IMG/VR virus record: IMGVR_UViG_3300028384_001500
Span: 172,653-236,652 of that record
Length of the DNA: 64,000 nucleotides
Strand: one strand, 5' to 3'
Shown here: positions 41,882 to 50,570 of the stretch, piece by piece
Numbering within the stretch: the first letter of the stretch is position 1
Layout: each line of letters opens with the position of its first letter
The notes under the pieces: generated by a model
Told to the model about the DNA's origin: nothing
Seen by the model: the letters and a program-made list of their open reading frames with translations, nothing else
The model's database searches: none
Program-made: the position numbers and the translations under genes

Positions 41882-43246
41882 TTATCCTAAGATTGAAGCA
41901 GCTACTGCACTTAAATGAGATCTTTCTCCTCTTTTGAGTGCAATATGAGAAGCACAACTTTGATTTTTAAACTTTTCAGAAACTATAGTCAAACCATTTG
42001 AAAGAGTGTCAATGTAAGGAGTGTCAATCTGATCAACGTCACCTAGAAGAATAATTTTAGAATTTTCTCCCATTCGTGTAATTACAGTTTTTAACTCATG
42101 TATTGTCGCATTTTGCGCTTCATCCATGATAAGTATAGTGTCATTAAACGTTCTTCCTCTAATAAAAGAAAGTGGTGCAATTTCAATAACACCTTGCGAT
42201 CTTAGTGTATTGAAAAGTGAAAGATTATTATCTTTAAGGCCTACTCTTAAATTATCCATGATGGGTGCTAACCATGGTGCCATTTTTTCTTCCATTGAAC
42301 CAGGCAAGAAACCTATATCACGACCTACAGGCTGAACATTTCTTGTAAAAACTATTCGATCATAATAACCAGCCTGTACCATCGCATATGCTGACATCAA
42401 GGTGATAAATGTTTTTCCACTACCTGCTAATCCGGAGATGGTCACTAGAGGTAATGATGGATCTAGTAATGAATTTAAAGCATAAAGCTGTTCTCTATTT
42501 TTTGCTTTAATGTCAAGTCTAGCAAATGAATCGAGAAGATCTTTGGCTTTTTTTACGCGAATGATATCTCCTTCTTCATATCTACCAATAAATGATGAAG
42601 AATCATATTTAACACAAAGATACTCATTTTCATAAGGTTGACGATTATATTTTTCCTGAAACATGTCTAAAAGCTCTTCTAGAACATCACTATCATTTTT
42701 ATATCGATCTTTGCTTTTTGTGTAATCGTAAAGTTCATCAATTAAAAAAGGATCTAACGCTTCAATTTCAGAGTAACCTTTAAAAACACCTTTATCTTCT
42801 AGTTGTATTTTATCTTTATAATAGTCTTCAGAGTGTATTCCTAGAGAATCACACTTGACTCTAAAGTTAATGTCTTTTGTTACTAATATAACTTTTTGTT
42901 TTTCTTGGTTTTGTATTTCTAAAGCCAACGATATCATTTTATTATCTGAATATTCTGGGTCTAGACCGGCTGGTACTTTATTAAAACCTGAGAGTGCTAC
43001 TTTGATTGTCTGGCCATTTTCTAATTCTATTCCTGTGTGAAGAGATCCTTTTTGTCTAAGATCATCTAGAAAACGATTAACATGTCTTGCGTTTTCTCCA
43101 ACTAAACCTTTTTTATCTTTAAACCTGTCTAACTCGTCTAAAACCACTAATGGTATTAAAAGGTCGTTTTCTGGAAAAGAGTGAATTGAATCTTTATCGT
43201 ATAGCAATACGCAAGTATCAATAATGAATATTTTTCTATCTGACAT
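41882..43246 (-). CDS. phoH: PIN-PhoH fusion (PhoH2/YlaK-like)
   Basis: PIN motif IIDTCVLL...LDELD...DINFRVK; Walker A GLAGSGKT; DIGFLPG; RGRTF; DEAQN; GDVDQID; start placed at MSDRK. Confidence 0.9.
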   Translation of the reverse strand: MSDRKIFIIDTCVLLYDKDSIHSFPENDLLIPLVVLDELDRFKDKKGLVGENARHVNRFLDDLRQKGSLHTGIELENGQTIKVALSGFNKVPAGLDPEYSDNKMISLALEIQNQEKQKVILVTKDINFRVKCDSLGIHSEDYYKDKIQLEDKGVFKGYSEIEALDPFLIDELYDYTKSKDRYKNDSDVLEELLDMFQEKYNRQPYENEYLCVKYDSSSFIGRYEEGDIIRVKKAKDLLDSFARLDIKAKNREQLYALNSLLDPSLPLVTISGLAGSGKTFITLMSAYAMVQAGYYDRIVFTRNVQPVGRDIGFLPGSMEEKMAPWLAPIMDNLRVGLKDNNLSLFNTLRSQGVIEIAPLSFIRGRTFNDTILIMDEAQNATIHELKTVITRMGENSKIILLGDVDQIDTPYIDTLSNGLTIVSEKFKNQSCASHIALKRGERSHLSAVAASILG

Positions 43247-43256
43247 AATCATCCTT

Positions 43257-43285
43257 TTGTTAATTTTAAATTGTCGATGTATAAT
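43257..43285 (+). promoter_or_regulatory. sigma70-like promoter of the stand-alone sigma-region-4 gene
   Basis: TTGTTA-17 nt-TATAAT, then AAGGA SD before the ATG at 43315. Confidence 0.45.
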
Positions 43286-43314
43286 CTTAAATATCACATA
43301 AGGAAACGTATATT

Positions 43315-43560
43315 ATGAAATGTTTTAATTATAACAAAAAGAATAATACAAATTGCGCAAACAAAGATTGCAGATACTGGATTAATTGTAACAAATCAAA
43401 TAATTGTTGTATTTTACTCCTAAAGAATAAAGAATTCAATGAAGACAAAACAACTTTACAAGATATTGGTGATATATTTAAAGTTACAAGAATGAGAATA
43501 TGTCAGATAGAGAAAAATGCAATTAAAAAGTTAAAAGACAAAATTGGTAACTTGGTATAA
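43315..43560 (+). CDS. Small Cys-rich protein with a sigma70 region 4 HTH
   Basis: TTLQDIGDIFKVTRMRICQIEKNAIKKLK matches region 4.2 (TLEEIG..F.VTRERIRQIE..AL.KL); N-terminal C-x4-C, C and CC residues. Confidence 0.8.
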   Translation: MKCFNYNKKNNTNCANKDCRYWINCNKSNNCCILLLKNKEFNEDKTTLQDIGDIFKVTRMRICQIEKNAIKKLKDKIGNLV

Positions 43561-43586
43561 AAAAAGGTCGCCATGGCGACCTTTTT
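43561..43586. terminator. Bidirectional intrinsic terminator
   Basis: Perfect 26-bp palindrome aaaaaggtcgccatggcgaccttttt between convergent genes. Confidence 0.85.
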
Positions 43587-43609
43587 AAGCTTAATAATAA
43601 AATTAATTT

Positions 43610-43801
43610 TTAAGATTTGCTAGCTTCTAAAGACGTTTTAACAACAGCTGATGCCATTTTCTTAGCTTCTCTTAGGCCTTTTCTGGCTCTAATTCCTGCT
43701 GATTTATTACCTTGAGCATTTTTAACAACGTCTGTTTGCAAAGCCTCAATTAAAACTTTAAGTTCTTCAAATTGGGAAATTAATTCTTCGTTTAGTGACA
43801 T
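43610..43801 (-). CDS. Histone H1-like Hc1/HctA-family protein
   Basis: GNKSAGIRARK...SLEASK matches the GNKAAG.RARK core of Hc1-like proteins; GGAGG SD. Confidence 0.8.
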   Translation of the reverse strand: MSLNEELISQFEELKVLIEALQTDVVKNAQGNKSAGIRARKGLREAKKMASAVVKTSLEASKS

Positions 43802-43811
43802 ATCATCCTCC

Positions 43812-44072
43812 TTAATCTAAAATAATCTTTGGTTTGTCATCTTCTTTTAAATTATTATCTACTTCTTCTTCTTTGTTAATAACTTCTCTGTACTTTTTTA
43901 ATATATTATTAATATCTTTGAGTGCTTCATTGCTTTCTAGACTTAGGCATATACCATGTATTATGTCTAGTTTTTGTTGTTCAGAAACACCAAATTTAAG
44001 AACTTCAGAAACAATTTCTCTTGATTGTTGTTTTTGTCGGGCTAGTTTTTCTAACTTTACTGAATAGCTCAT
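43812..44072 (-). CDS. Hypothetical protein
   Basis: 86 aa in the operon, GAGG SD. Confidence 0.55.
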   Translation of the reverse strand: MSYSVKLEKLARQKQQSREIVSEVLKFGVSEQQKLDIIHGICLSLESNEALKDINNILKKYREVINKEEEVDNNLKEDDKPKIILD

Positions 44073-44555
44073 TTATTCCTCACTGTTTTTTATATAAAAT
44101 ATATCTTGTATAGTCTCTGATAGTATTTTTATTTTTTTACTACTTTCTAAGTTCAAAATTTTTAAATTGTGTTTATCATCGACAATATCTCTTTTTAATA
44201 CAATACTGCTAGGATACAAATCATTATCTATAACGTCCTCAACTTCTTCGTATAGATCAATAGTCGCATTATACTCGGATAAAATTTTAACTAACTTTTC
44301 AGGCAAACTAATTTCTATATCTTGTATTGATCTTACAGAACCGATCTCTTCGCTACCTACTTTAATTTCTGATTTGCATAACTCATAAACTAAATGTGTG
44401 ATTCCACAATTATTGCAATTTACATACTTAGGAATAATTTTTCCTGCATCGTCTATTTTAGAGTATACAGAGAACTTATGATATACAATTGGTTTGACAC
44501 CTTTATATAAGGGTAGTACACAGTGACATTCAATTAAGTGTTTTTGCCCGCGCAT
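44073..44555 (-). CDS. Hypothetical putative Zn-binding protein
   Basis: CHC and CNNCGITH motifs. Confidence 0.55.
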   Translation of the reverse strand: MRGQKHLIECHCVLPLYKGVKPIVYHKFSVYSKIDDAGKIIPKYVNCNNCGITHLVYELCKSEIKVGSEEIGSVRSIQDIEISLPEKLVKILSEYNATIDLYEEVEDVIDNDLYPSSIVLKRDIVDDKHNLKILNLESSKKIKILSETIQDIFYIKNSEE

Positions 44556-44557
44556 AA

Positions 44558-44794
44558 TTATTTAAGTGAGTTCTCTATTTGACCGGATGCTCTAGTAAAA
44601 GCTGTTGTCATGCTGGCTTCAACATAAAAACATACTTTTCTTAATTCTTCTGAATCTAGATTAATTTTTCCCTGGCCGGTTGCATCATTTAAGCTGGAAA
44701 CAACAGACTTTTTCATAAAGTCTACAACATCTGCAACGGATGCCATTACTTTGGATGCGTCAACTGTTTTTATTTTTTCTTCTTTTTTAGACAT
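44558..44794 (-). CDS. Hypothetical protein
   Basis: 78 aa in the operon, AGGAG SD. Confidence 0.55.
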   Translation of the reverse strand: MSKKEEKIKTVDASKVMASVADVVDFMKKSVVSSLNDATGQGKINLDSEELRKVCFYVEASMTTAFTRASGQIENSLK

Positions 44795-44804
44795 GATTAT
44801 TCTC

Positions 44805-46037
44805 CTATAGAATTATTTTTTGGATATTATTGAAATTATTTTCAATACTTTTGACCTTCTCATCAATAATTTTAATACAGTCATCAGGAATGTAAAACTT
44901 TTGTCCGTCAATAACTATTTGTCGGTATACTTTTTTAATATTTTTCACAAACCTTAAAAAATAGTCTAGTTCTCTTGTCATTTTTTTATCAGATAAAATT
45001 CTATCTGGAAGATAAACATTTATTCTTTTTCCAGTAAACATTTTTAATCTTTTCTTTAATGGATCTACGTTTACGTCAGTTTTGATCATAGCATCGTCAA
45101 TTCTTCTTTTTAAAAAAGACCTATGAAGTTCTATTTTTTTCTTAGCAACACAAGGTTTTATTACAATCCCTTTGTTTGTAAAAGTTATCTTTTTTCCCGT
45201 TCTAAGTTTTTTTCTAACAGCTTGTGATATTGATTCTCCCATATCGCTAGAAACTACATGTCCTCCGTGAATTGCAGCGAAGTCATTTAATATGTTGAGA
45301 GTGTTTTCATCATTTACATTCAAAGAGACAGGATAAACTCTAAGTCTACCCATCTTATTGTTTTTGAGTATTGTCTCTTTTACTTCCTCATTCATTCCAA
45401 AGCAAAATATAACGTAGGGTATTTTTGTTTGATTTGCTTCAGTAAGTAAATGATGAATTTCACCAACAGACTCTATATAACCATTGATAATTACGTATTT
45501 GTAGCTCTTTGCTTCTTTTGGGATATCTCTAGTAAATGATGTATCATAATCAATATCAAATAAAAATTCGTCTAGACACTCAATTGATATATCTTCGCCT
45601 GGATAAGAATTAATATTTATGCTTCTTTCTAGACAAGCATTCTCAAATAGCCATTTTGCTAGTAGCATATTTTCTTTTCTAGAAAGAGATGATAAAAAGT
45701 CTTGTTGCATTTTCTTTTCAAATACAAACTTTTTACCTTTTTTAACTTTTGATTTAAAAAAACTGTGAATAAAAAGATCACCCATGTATGGGTAAATACT
45801 TTCACATTTATAATATTCGCTCATAATTATGTTTTTTAAAACTTCTGATCCATAGCAACTAGGCACTATATTTAGATAGTTTAAAGATGTATCTTCAATT
45901 AATTCTTTTGTGTCGTAAAGCGCTTTTCTATTTAAAGAAAGGGAGTTAAATACTTCCCTTTCTTTTTTAAGAAAACTTTGCACAAAGTCTTTTTCTAGAA
46001 TCTCTTTATGAGTCTCGCCAAAGGTTGTTGCTTGCAT
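44805..46037 (-). CDS. Degenerate GroEL/Cpn60-like protein (apical/intermediate domains retained)
   Basis: ILNDFAAIHGGHVVSSDMG aligns with GroEL MLQDIATLTGGTVISEEIG; YVIINGYIESVGEIHHLL with LLVDKKISNIRELL; LKKRLKMFTG with LQERVAKLAG; no GDGTTT. Confidence 0.7.
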   Translation of the reverse strand: MQATTFGETHKEILEKDFVQSFLKKEREVFNSLSLNRKALYDTKELIEDTSLNYLNIVPSCYGSEVLKNIIMSEYYKCESIYPYMGDLFIHSFFKSKVKKGKKFVFEKKMQQDFLSSLSRKENMLLAKWLFENACLERSININSYPGEDISIECLDEFLFDIDYDTSFTRDIPKEAKSYKYVIINGYIESVGEIHHLLTEANQTKIPYVIFCFGMNEEVKETILKNNKMGRLRVYPVSLNVNDENTLNILNDFAAIHGGHVVSSDMGESISQAVRKKLRTGKKITFTNKGIVIKPCVAKKKIELHRSFLKRRIDDAMIKTDVNVDPLKKRLKMFTGKRINVYLPDRILSDKKMTRELDYFLRFVKNIKKVYRQIVIDGQKFYIPDDCIKIIDEKVKSIENNFNNIQKIIL

Positions 46038-47946
46038 AAGTCAATATTTCCTCTGCTGATGCTTCATTATAGCCATATTCTTCAATTAAAGTTTGGATCA
46101 TATCAGTATATTTCTTTTTCTGGTCGTCATCACGCGATTTTGAACGTGTAACAATCCTTGCGATATCTTTTACTGATGAAATTAAATATTGTTCGATTGC
46201 TTCTTTTAAAGGGCCGTATGAACGATAATCAACAGTTTCACCTTTTCTCATTTTAGAAAACATAAATGCAGTTACATCATTTCTAAATCCATCTCTAGCT
46301 GAACCAACAACACCAATCATTTCTTCAATTGTTCTCATGAACTTTTCATCTGGTTCTGACTCTTCTCTTGTGATTTTATTTTTTACTTTTGTTTTAGTTG
46401 TAAAACATTCTGCGTTATCTAAGTATGAATCAAATAGTGATTGTGCTTGCTCTTCATATGCAGTAATAAATGCTTTTGCAATTTCAGTTTCTAGAATTCT
46501 GAGATATTCTTCACGAATAATCTTTTGTAGAATTTCAAGATATCTTGTCTTAGCATCTTCATCAATAATCTGTTCTTTGACTTGCTTAATTAAAGAGTCG
46601 ACAACATTAATCGGTGTAATCATACCATTATCTGAATCTGAAAGTGCTGCATCCAAGGCTTTCATAATAAAGCGTGTAGAAATACCTTCCATACCTTCGT
46701 GCTTTGCCTCATCTTTAAGATCACGAATATCGACTTTCTTTACGCGACCTTTTTCAATAATTGCCTCACCATTGTAAATTTTCATTTTAGTTAGTAAGTC
46801 ACACTTTCTAGACTGTTGTAGGCGGCTCATCACTGAAAACATTGAAGCTATTTTTAAAGTATGCGGTGCGATATGTGCATCTGTAAAGTCAGACCTACGA
46901 ATTATCTTTTCATAAATTTTTTGTTCTTGATCTAATTCTAACACATAAGGTACTTCAATCTTTAATACCCTGTCCAAAATAGCCTCGTTAGTGTGTTCAG
47001 ATTTAAATCTGTTCCACTCTGACTCATTACAATGAGATAATATCACCCCATCAAAATAAAGCATATCGTTCTTACCTGGGGTAGGCACACGTTTCTCTTG
47101 GGTTGCTGTTAACATTGTATGTAAGAATTCAATCTCATTCTTGAAAACTTCTACAAACTCAACAATACCTCGATTACCTACGTTAAATGCTCCATTAAGT
47201 GACAAAACTCTTGGATCGTCTTCTGGATATAGGTCTAATTTACTAATATCTTCTGTACCAATAAGGACTGACACGTCTTGGCTATTAGCATCCATTGGCG
47301 GAACTACAGCAATACCTCTGCGTCCTCTTTGCGAGTAACCGGTTTGCTTTACTGGAAACTTTTCATACTCACCGTTAAATTCATTCATTAATCTATGACG
47401 ACATACCGGACATAAGTCACCTTCAATATGCACACCTAGTAATTCTTCAAAGTCTTTTCTGAGACTCCTAGGTAGAAGGTGAAGTGGTTCTTCTCTTACC
47501 GGGCAGCCATCTAAGTAGTAATAATCTTCTGCTTCTTCCAGTGCACGCTTTACTGAATCGATCAACGCTGATTTTCCTGCTCCAACAGGACCCATTAAGA
47601 GAAGAACCTGCCGACTTTCTTCACCTTTAAAAGCTGCCGACTTCATAAATCTCATCAATTTGTTGATGACAGACTCCATTCCAAAAAATTCTTTTTCAAA
47701 ATAGTCATACTTTCTAATTTTGTCGCCATTAAAAATATCTCGATAACCATCAGTCCCTACATCCAAAGTATCAACACCACGATTTTTAATAGTTTCATAT
47801 AATCGCTTATGTGCTAGCTTAACTGATCCCGGTTTTTCTCTGACTAATTCAAGATAGTCTAAAAAAGTACCTTCAAACTTAACTTTATTTTTTTGTTCTC
47901 TTTGCTTTTTAATCATTGTCAAAAAGTCTTTTTGATTGCGTGCCAT
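46006..47946 (-). CDS. prkA: PrkA/YeaG AAA+ ATPase (serine kinase family)
   Basis: Walker A GPVGAGKS; CPVREEPLHLLP; GDLCPVC; GNRGIVEFVEVFK; HCNESEW; EAILDR; EGMEGISTRF. Confidence 0.92.
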   Translation of the reverse strand: MARNQKDFLTMIKKQREQKNKVKFEGTFLDYLELVREKPGSVKLAHKRLYETIKNRGVDTLDVGTDGYRDIFNGDKIRKYDYFEKEFFGMESVINKLMRFMKSAAFKGEESRQVLLLMGPVGAGKSALIDSVKRALEEAEDYYYLDGCPVREEPLHLLPRSLRKDFEELLGVHIEGDLCPVCRHRLMNEFNGEYEKFPVKQTGYSQRGRRGIAVVPPMDANSQDVSVLIGTEDISKLDLYPEDDPRVLSLNGAFNVGNRGIVEFVEVFKNEIEFLHTMLTATQEKRVPTPGKNDMLYFDGVILSHCNESEWNRFKSEHTNEAILDRVLKIEVPYVLELDQEQKIYEKIIRRSDFTDAHIAPHTLKIASMFSVMSRLQQSRKCDLLTKMKIYNGEAIIEKGRVKKVDIRDLKDEAKHEGMEGISTRFIMKALDAALSDSDNGMITPINVVDSLIKQVKEQIIDEDAKTRYLEILQKIIREEYLRILETEIAKAFITAYEEQAQSLFDSYLDNAECFTTKTKVKNKITREESEPDEKFMRTIEEMIGVVGSARDGFRNDVTAFMFSKMRKGETVDYRSYGPLKEAIEQYLISSVKDIARIVTRSKSRDDDQKKKYTDMIQTLIEEYGYNEASAEEILTYASNNLWRDS

Positions 47947-47971
47947 ATATTGTTACTCCTGCTTCTCTATA

Positions 47972-48000
47972 ATAATATTTTATTATATTTTGTATGTAAA
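47972..48000 (-). promoter_or_regulatory. sigma70-like promoter upstream of prkA
   Basis: TTTACA-17 nt-TATTAT, then AGGAG SD. Confidence 0.45.
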
Positions 48001-48001
48001 A

Positions 48002-49327
48002 TTAAATTTCCCAAACTTCCTCTTCAATTATTGTATAAAGCTTAGCGTCAAAAGGCCAGAGATCTCTGACGTGATCCATTACTTTATCAGCATAGTCTAA
48101 GTCTAGGTCTCGACCGTCATGTTCATGCTTAAGAACTAAAGTGTTTTCACTGTCAACACTATCAACATAAACATGAGGTATCATGTTAATACCTGTGTTT
48201 CTAATAAGTTCATTCCTGACCGTCTTCCAGTCATCGTGATCTGTTACTTCAGATACAATTGCGCTACCGTCTTTTTGATTCTCGTAAGCGAAGAAGTTTA
48301 ATTCTCTAAAGTCTTCTTCATCAAGAAGCATTCTTAGAGCTGAGACATCATCGCTAGTTTCTCTGACTTCAAAGCACCTTTCTAGCCCGTATTCTCTCTC
48401 TAGTTTTTGGAAAATATAAAAACCAACATGATATGGGTTAACTCTTCCTAAATGAGGCCTGACAACTGCATTATGCATCTTTAAAAAAGGAAGATGCATT
48501 TCATCAGGTAATTTTAAATCATGCAATATTTTATAATGCCAAAATGAAGCCCACCCCTCGTTAAGGATTTTTGTTTGAATCTGTGGCATAAAGTACTGAC
48601 TGTCTTCTTTGACGATATCAATTAAGTCTAATTGCCAGTCTTCAAAATAGTCTGGATAGTATTCAGAAAAGAATGCCAACATATCGTGGTCAGGTTGAAG
48701 AAGTCTTTGCTTGTTAAGGACGTCTGAATTAAGAATAATCCCTTTTTCTTTGTATTTGTTGTATTTTTTAATTTCACCTGCTTTGATTTCAGACTTAGAC
48801 TTTCTTGGTGAGTTATATCTATTTGTTTGATATTTAATTGCATGTAAGTTATCTAAAAAAGTTTCTACTTTTTCTTGACCAATCAAAGGATCTTCAACAT
48901 ATCCTTGAATTCTTTTTTTAGCATTTCTCATTCTAGAAACTACATGACTCGGGTCAGTATTCTTAAAACATCTGTTGTTTTTAAAGAAGTCACTGTGTCC
49001 AACACAATGTGCCATAATTAATATCTGTAAGTATAACGGGTTTTGCATCATCAGATATGCTATTGAAGGATTGGAATTAATAATCATTTCATAAGGCAAA
49101 CCTGTCTGACCTAAATTATAATTAAAATGTGTCTGCTCAAATGATTTACCAAATGACCAATGGTTGTAGTGGCTAGGCATTCCATGATAAGACATGTGAC
49201 CAATCATCTCGTAATAGTCACATATCTCATAAGTTATTTCGTGCCAGTCTAATCCATAACCTTTAGCTATTTCGCATATTTTATCATCCCATTCTTTGAG
49301 ATCACTTACACCCCAATCAGAGCTCAT
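48002..49327 (-). CDS. spoVR: SpoVR/YcgB family protein
   Basis: GMPSHYNHWSFGKSFE; LPYEMIINSNPSIAYL; AHCVGHSDFFKNN; TKILNEGWASFWH; NPYHVG; start placed at MSSDW with GGAGG SD. Confidence 0.92.
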   Translation of the reverse strand: MSSDWGVSDLKEWDDKICEIAKGYGLDWHEITYEICDYYEMIGHMSYHGMPSHYNHWSFGKSFEQTHFNYNLGQTGLPYEMIINSNPSIAYLMMQNPLYLQILIMAHCVGHSDFFKNNRCFKNTDPSHVVSRMRNAKKRIQGYVEDPLIGQEKVETFLDNLHAIKYQTNRYNSPRKSKSEIKAGEIKKYNKYKEKGIILNSDVLNKQRLLQPDHDMLAFFSEYYPDYFEDWQLDLIDIVKEDSQYFMPQIQTKILNEGWASFWHYKILHDLKLPDEMHLPFLKMHNAVVRPHLGRVNPYHVGFYIFQKLEREYGLERCFEVRETSDDVSALRMLLDEEDFRELNFFAYENQKDGSAIVSEVTDHDDWKTVRNELIRNTGINMIPHVYVDSVDSENTLVLKHEHDGRDLDLDYADKVMDHVRDLWPFDAKLYTIIEEEVWEI

Positions 49328-50489
49328 ATTTTCCTCCAAAAAGTTTGGCAAATTGCGGCCAGACATCTTCTTTTTCTCTAATTCTACATACTTTAAAACT
49401 ATCACTAGTTAGAACTTCAAAAACTTTTGCCATTTCTTCTCCCCAAATGCTTTCTTGTTCAGGTTTAATTTGAATATAACCGGCAAGTTGACTAATATCT
49501 GAAAGATAAGACATTTTTTCCAATGCCTTGTCATTATCTTCAGACCAGTTATCACCATCTGAGCAGTGGAACGTATAGATATTCCAAGCTGAAGGACTAT
49601 ATCTTTCATCAATAATATCTTCTGCCATTGCTAAACCGGAAGAAATATAAGTTCCTCCACTGCTGGCTTTCTTAAAGAAATCGTCTTCATTTACTTCTTG
49701 AGCTTCAGTTGTATGTGAAATAAAAACAATATCAACAGTTTGATATTTATATCTAATAAATTGATAAAGCAAAAAGAAGAAAGATCTAGCCAAAAACTTT
49801 TTACGTTTACCCATCGATCCTGAAACATCCATTATCATAAAAATCACAGCATTAGTGATAGGTTTCTTTTTCACCTCAATATGTTTATATTTTAAATCAT
49901 CATAATGAAATGGAAACCTTTCACCACTTTCTGGGTCATATGTTCCGTTTTTTATCGCTTGTTTTTGTCTTCTTATTTTGTTTTTAAGAGTTTCCTTTTT
50001 AGACAGTCTTGCACGTATACCTTTCGGTCTATATCCCTTTCTTTTAATTTTTTCAGCCATTACAGTTGATGACTGTTTTTTATCTAGATCAGGAAGATTT
50101 AAATCGTCAAAAAGATACTTTGCCAATTCATCTAATGATATCTCTACATCATAAAAGTCTTCACCTTTATTATTTCCCGGTTTACCTTCTCCGGATCGAC
50201 CTTGACCTTTTTGTTTGGCTTGTCTTACAACTTGGCCCTTCTGAATATCTTGTCCTTGAGCAGAGCCTACTCCTTTAGAACCACTTCCTTTACCATGAAT
50301 AAATTGGTATTCTTTTATACCTCTTACAGGTATTTTAATCTTTTTCTTTCCATCTTGACCAATAATAGACTCTTCAGCAACTATATCATGAATTCCTTCT
50401 TTAATTGCTTTTTCAATCTTTTCTTTATGGCGTCTTCGATCAGAAGCTGATCGATCAGCAACTGTTTTATGATTTTTAAAAATTGACAT
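49317..50489 (-). CDS. yeaH: YeaH/YhbH (DUF444) VWA-domain protein
   Basis: DRRRH; FPFHYDDLKYK; MIDAS-like MDVSGSM; FISHTTEA; SGGTYISS; WNIYTFHCSDGDNW. Confidence 0.9.
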   Translation of the reverse strand: MSIFKNHKTVADRSASDRRRHKEKIEKAIKEGIHDIVAEESIIGQDGKKKIKIPVRGIKEYQFIHGKGSGSKGVGSAQGQDIQKGQVVRQAKQKGQGRSGEGKPGNNKGEDFYDVEISLDELAKYLFDDLNLPDLDKKQSSTVMAEKIKRKGYRPKGIRARLSKKETLKNKIRRQKQAIKNGTYDPESGERFPFHYDDLKYKHIEVKKKPITNAVIFMIMDVSGSMGKRKKFLARSFFFLLYQFIRYKYQTVDIVFISHTTEAQEVNEDDFFKKASSGGTYISSGLAMAEDIIDERYSPSAWNIYTFHCSDGDNWSEDNDKALEKMSYLSDISQLAGYIQIKPEQESIWGEEMAKVFEVLTSDSFKVCRIREKEDVWPQFAKLFGGKYEL

Positions 50490-50570
50490 ATATTATTAAC
50501 ATCCTAATTGATAATTACCTATATATTCTATACTTAGTAATAGATAAAGTTAATATATTAGGTACATATA

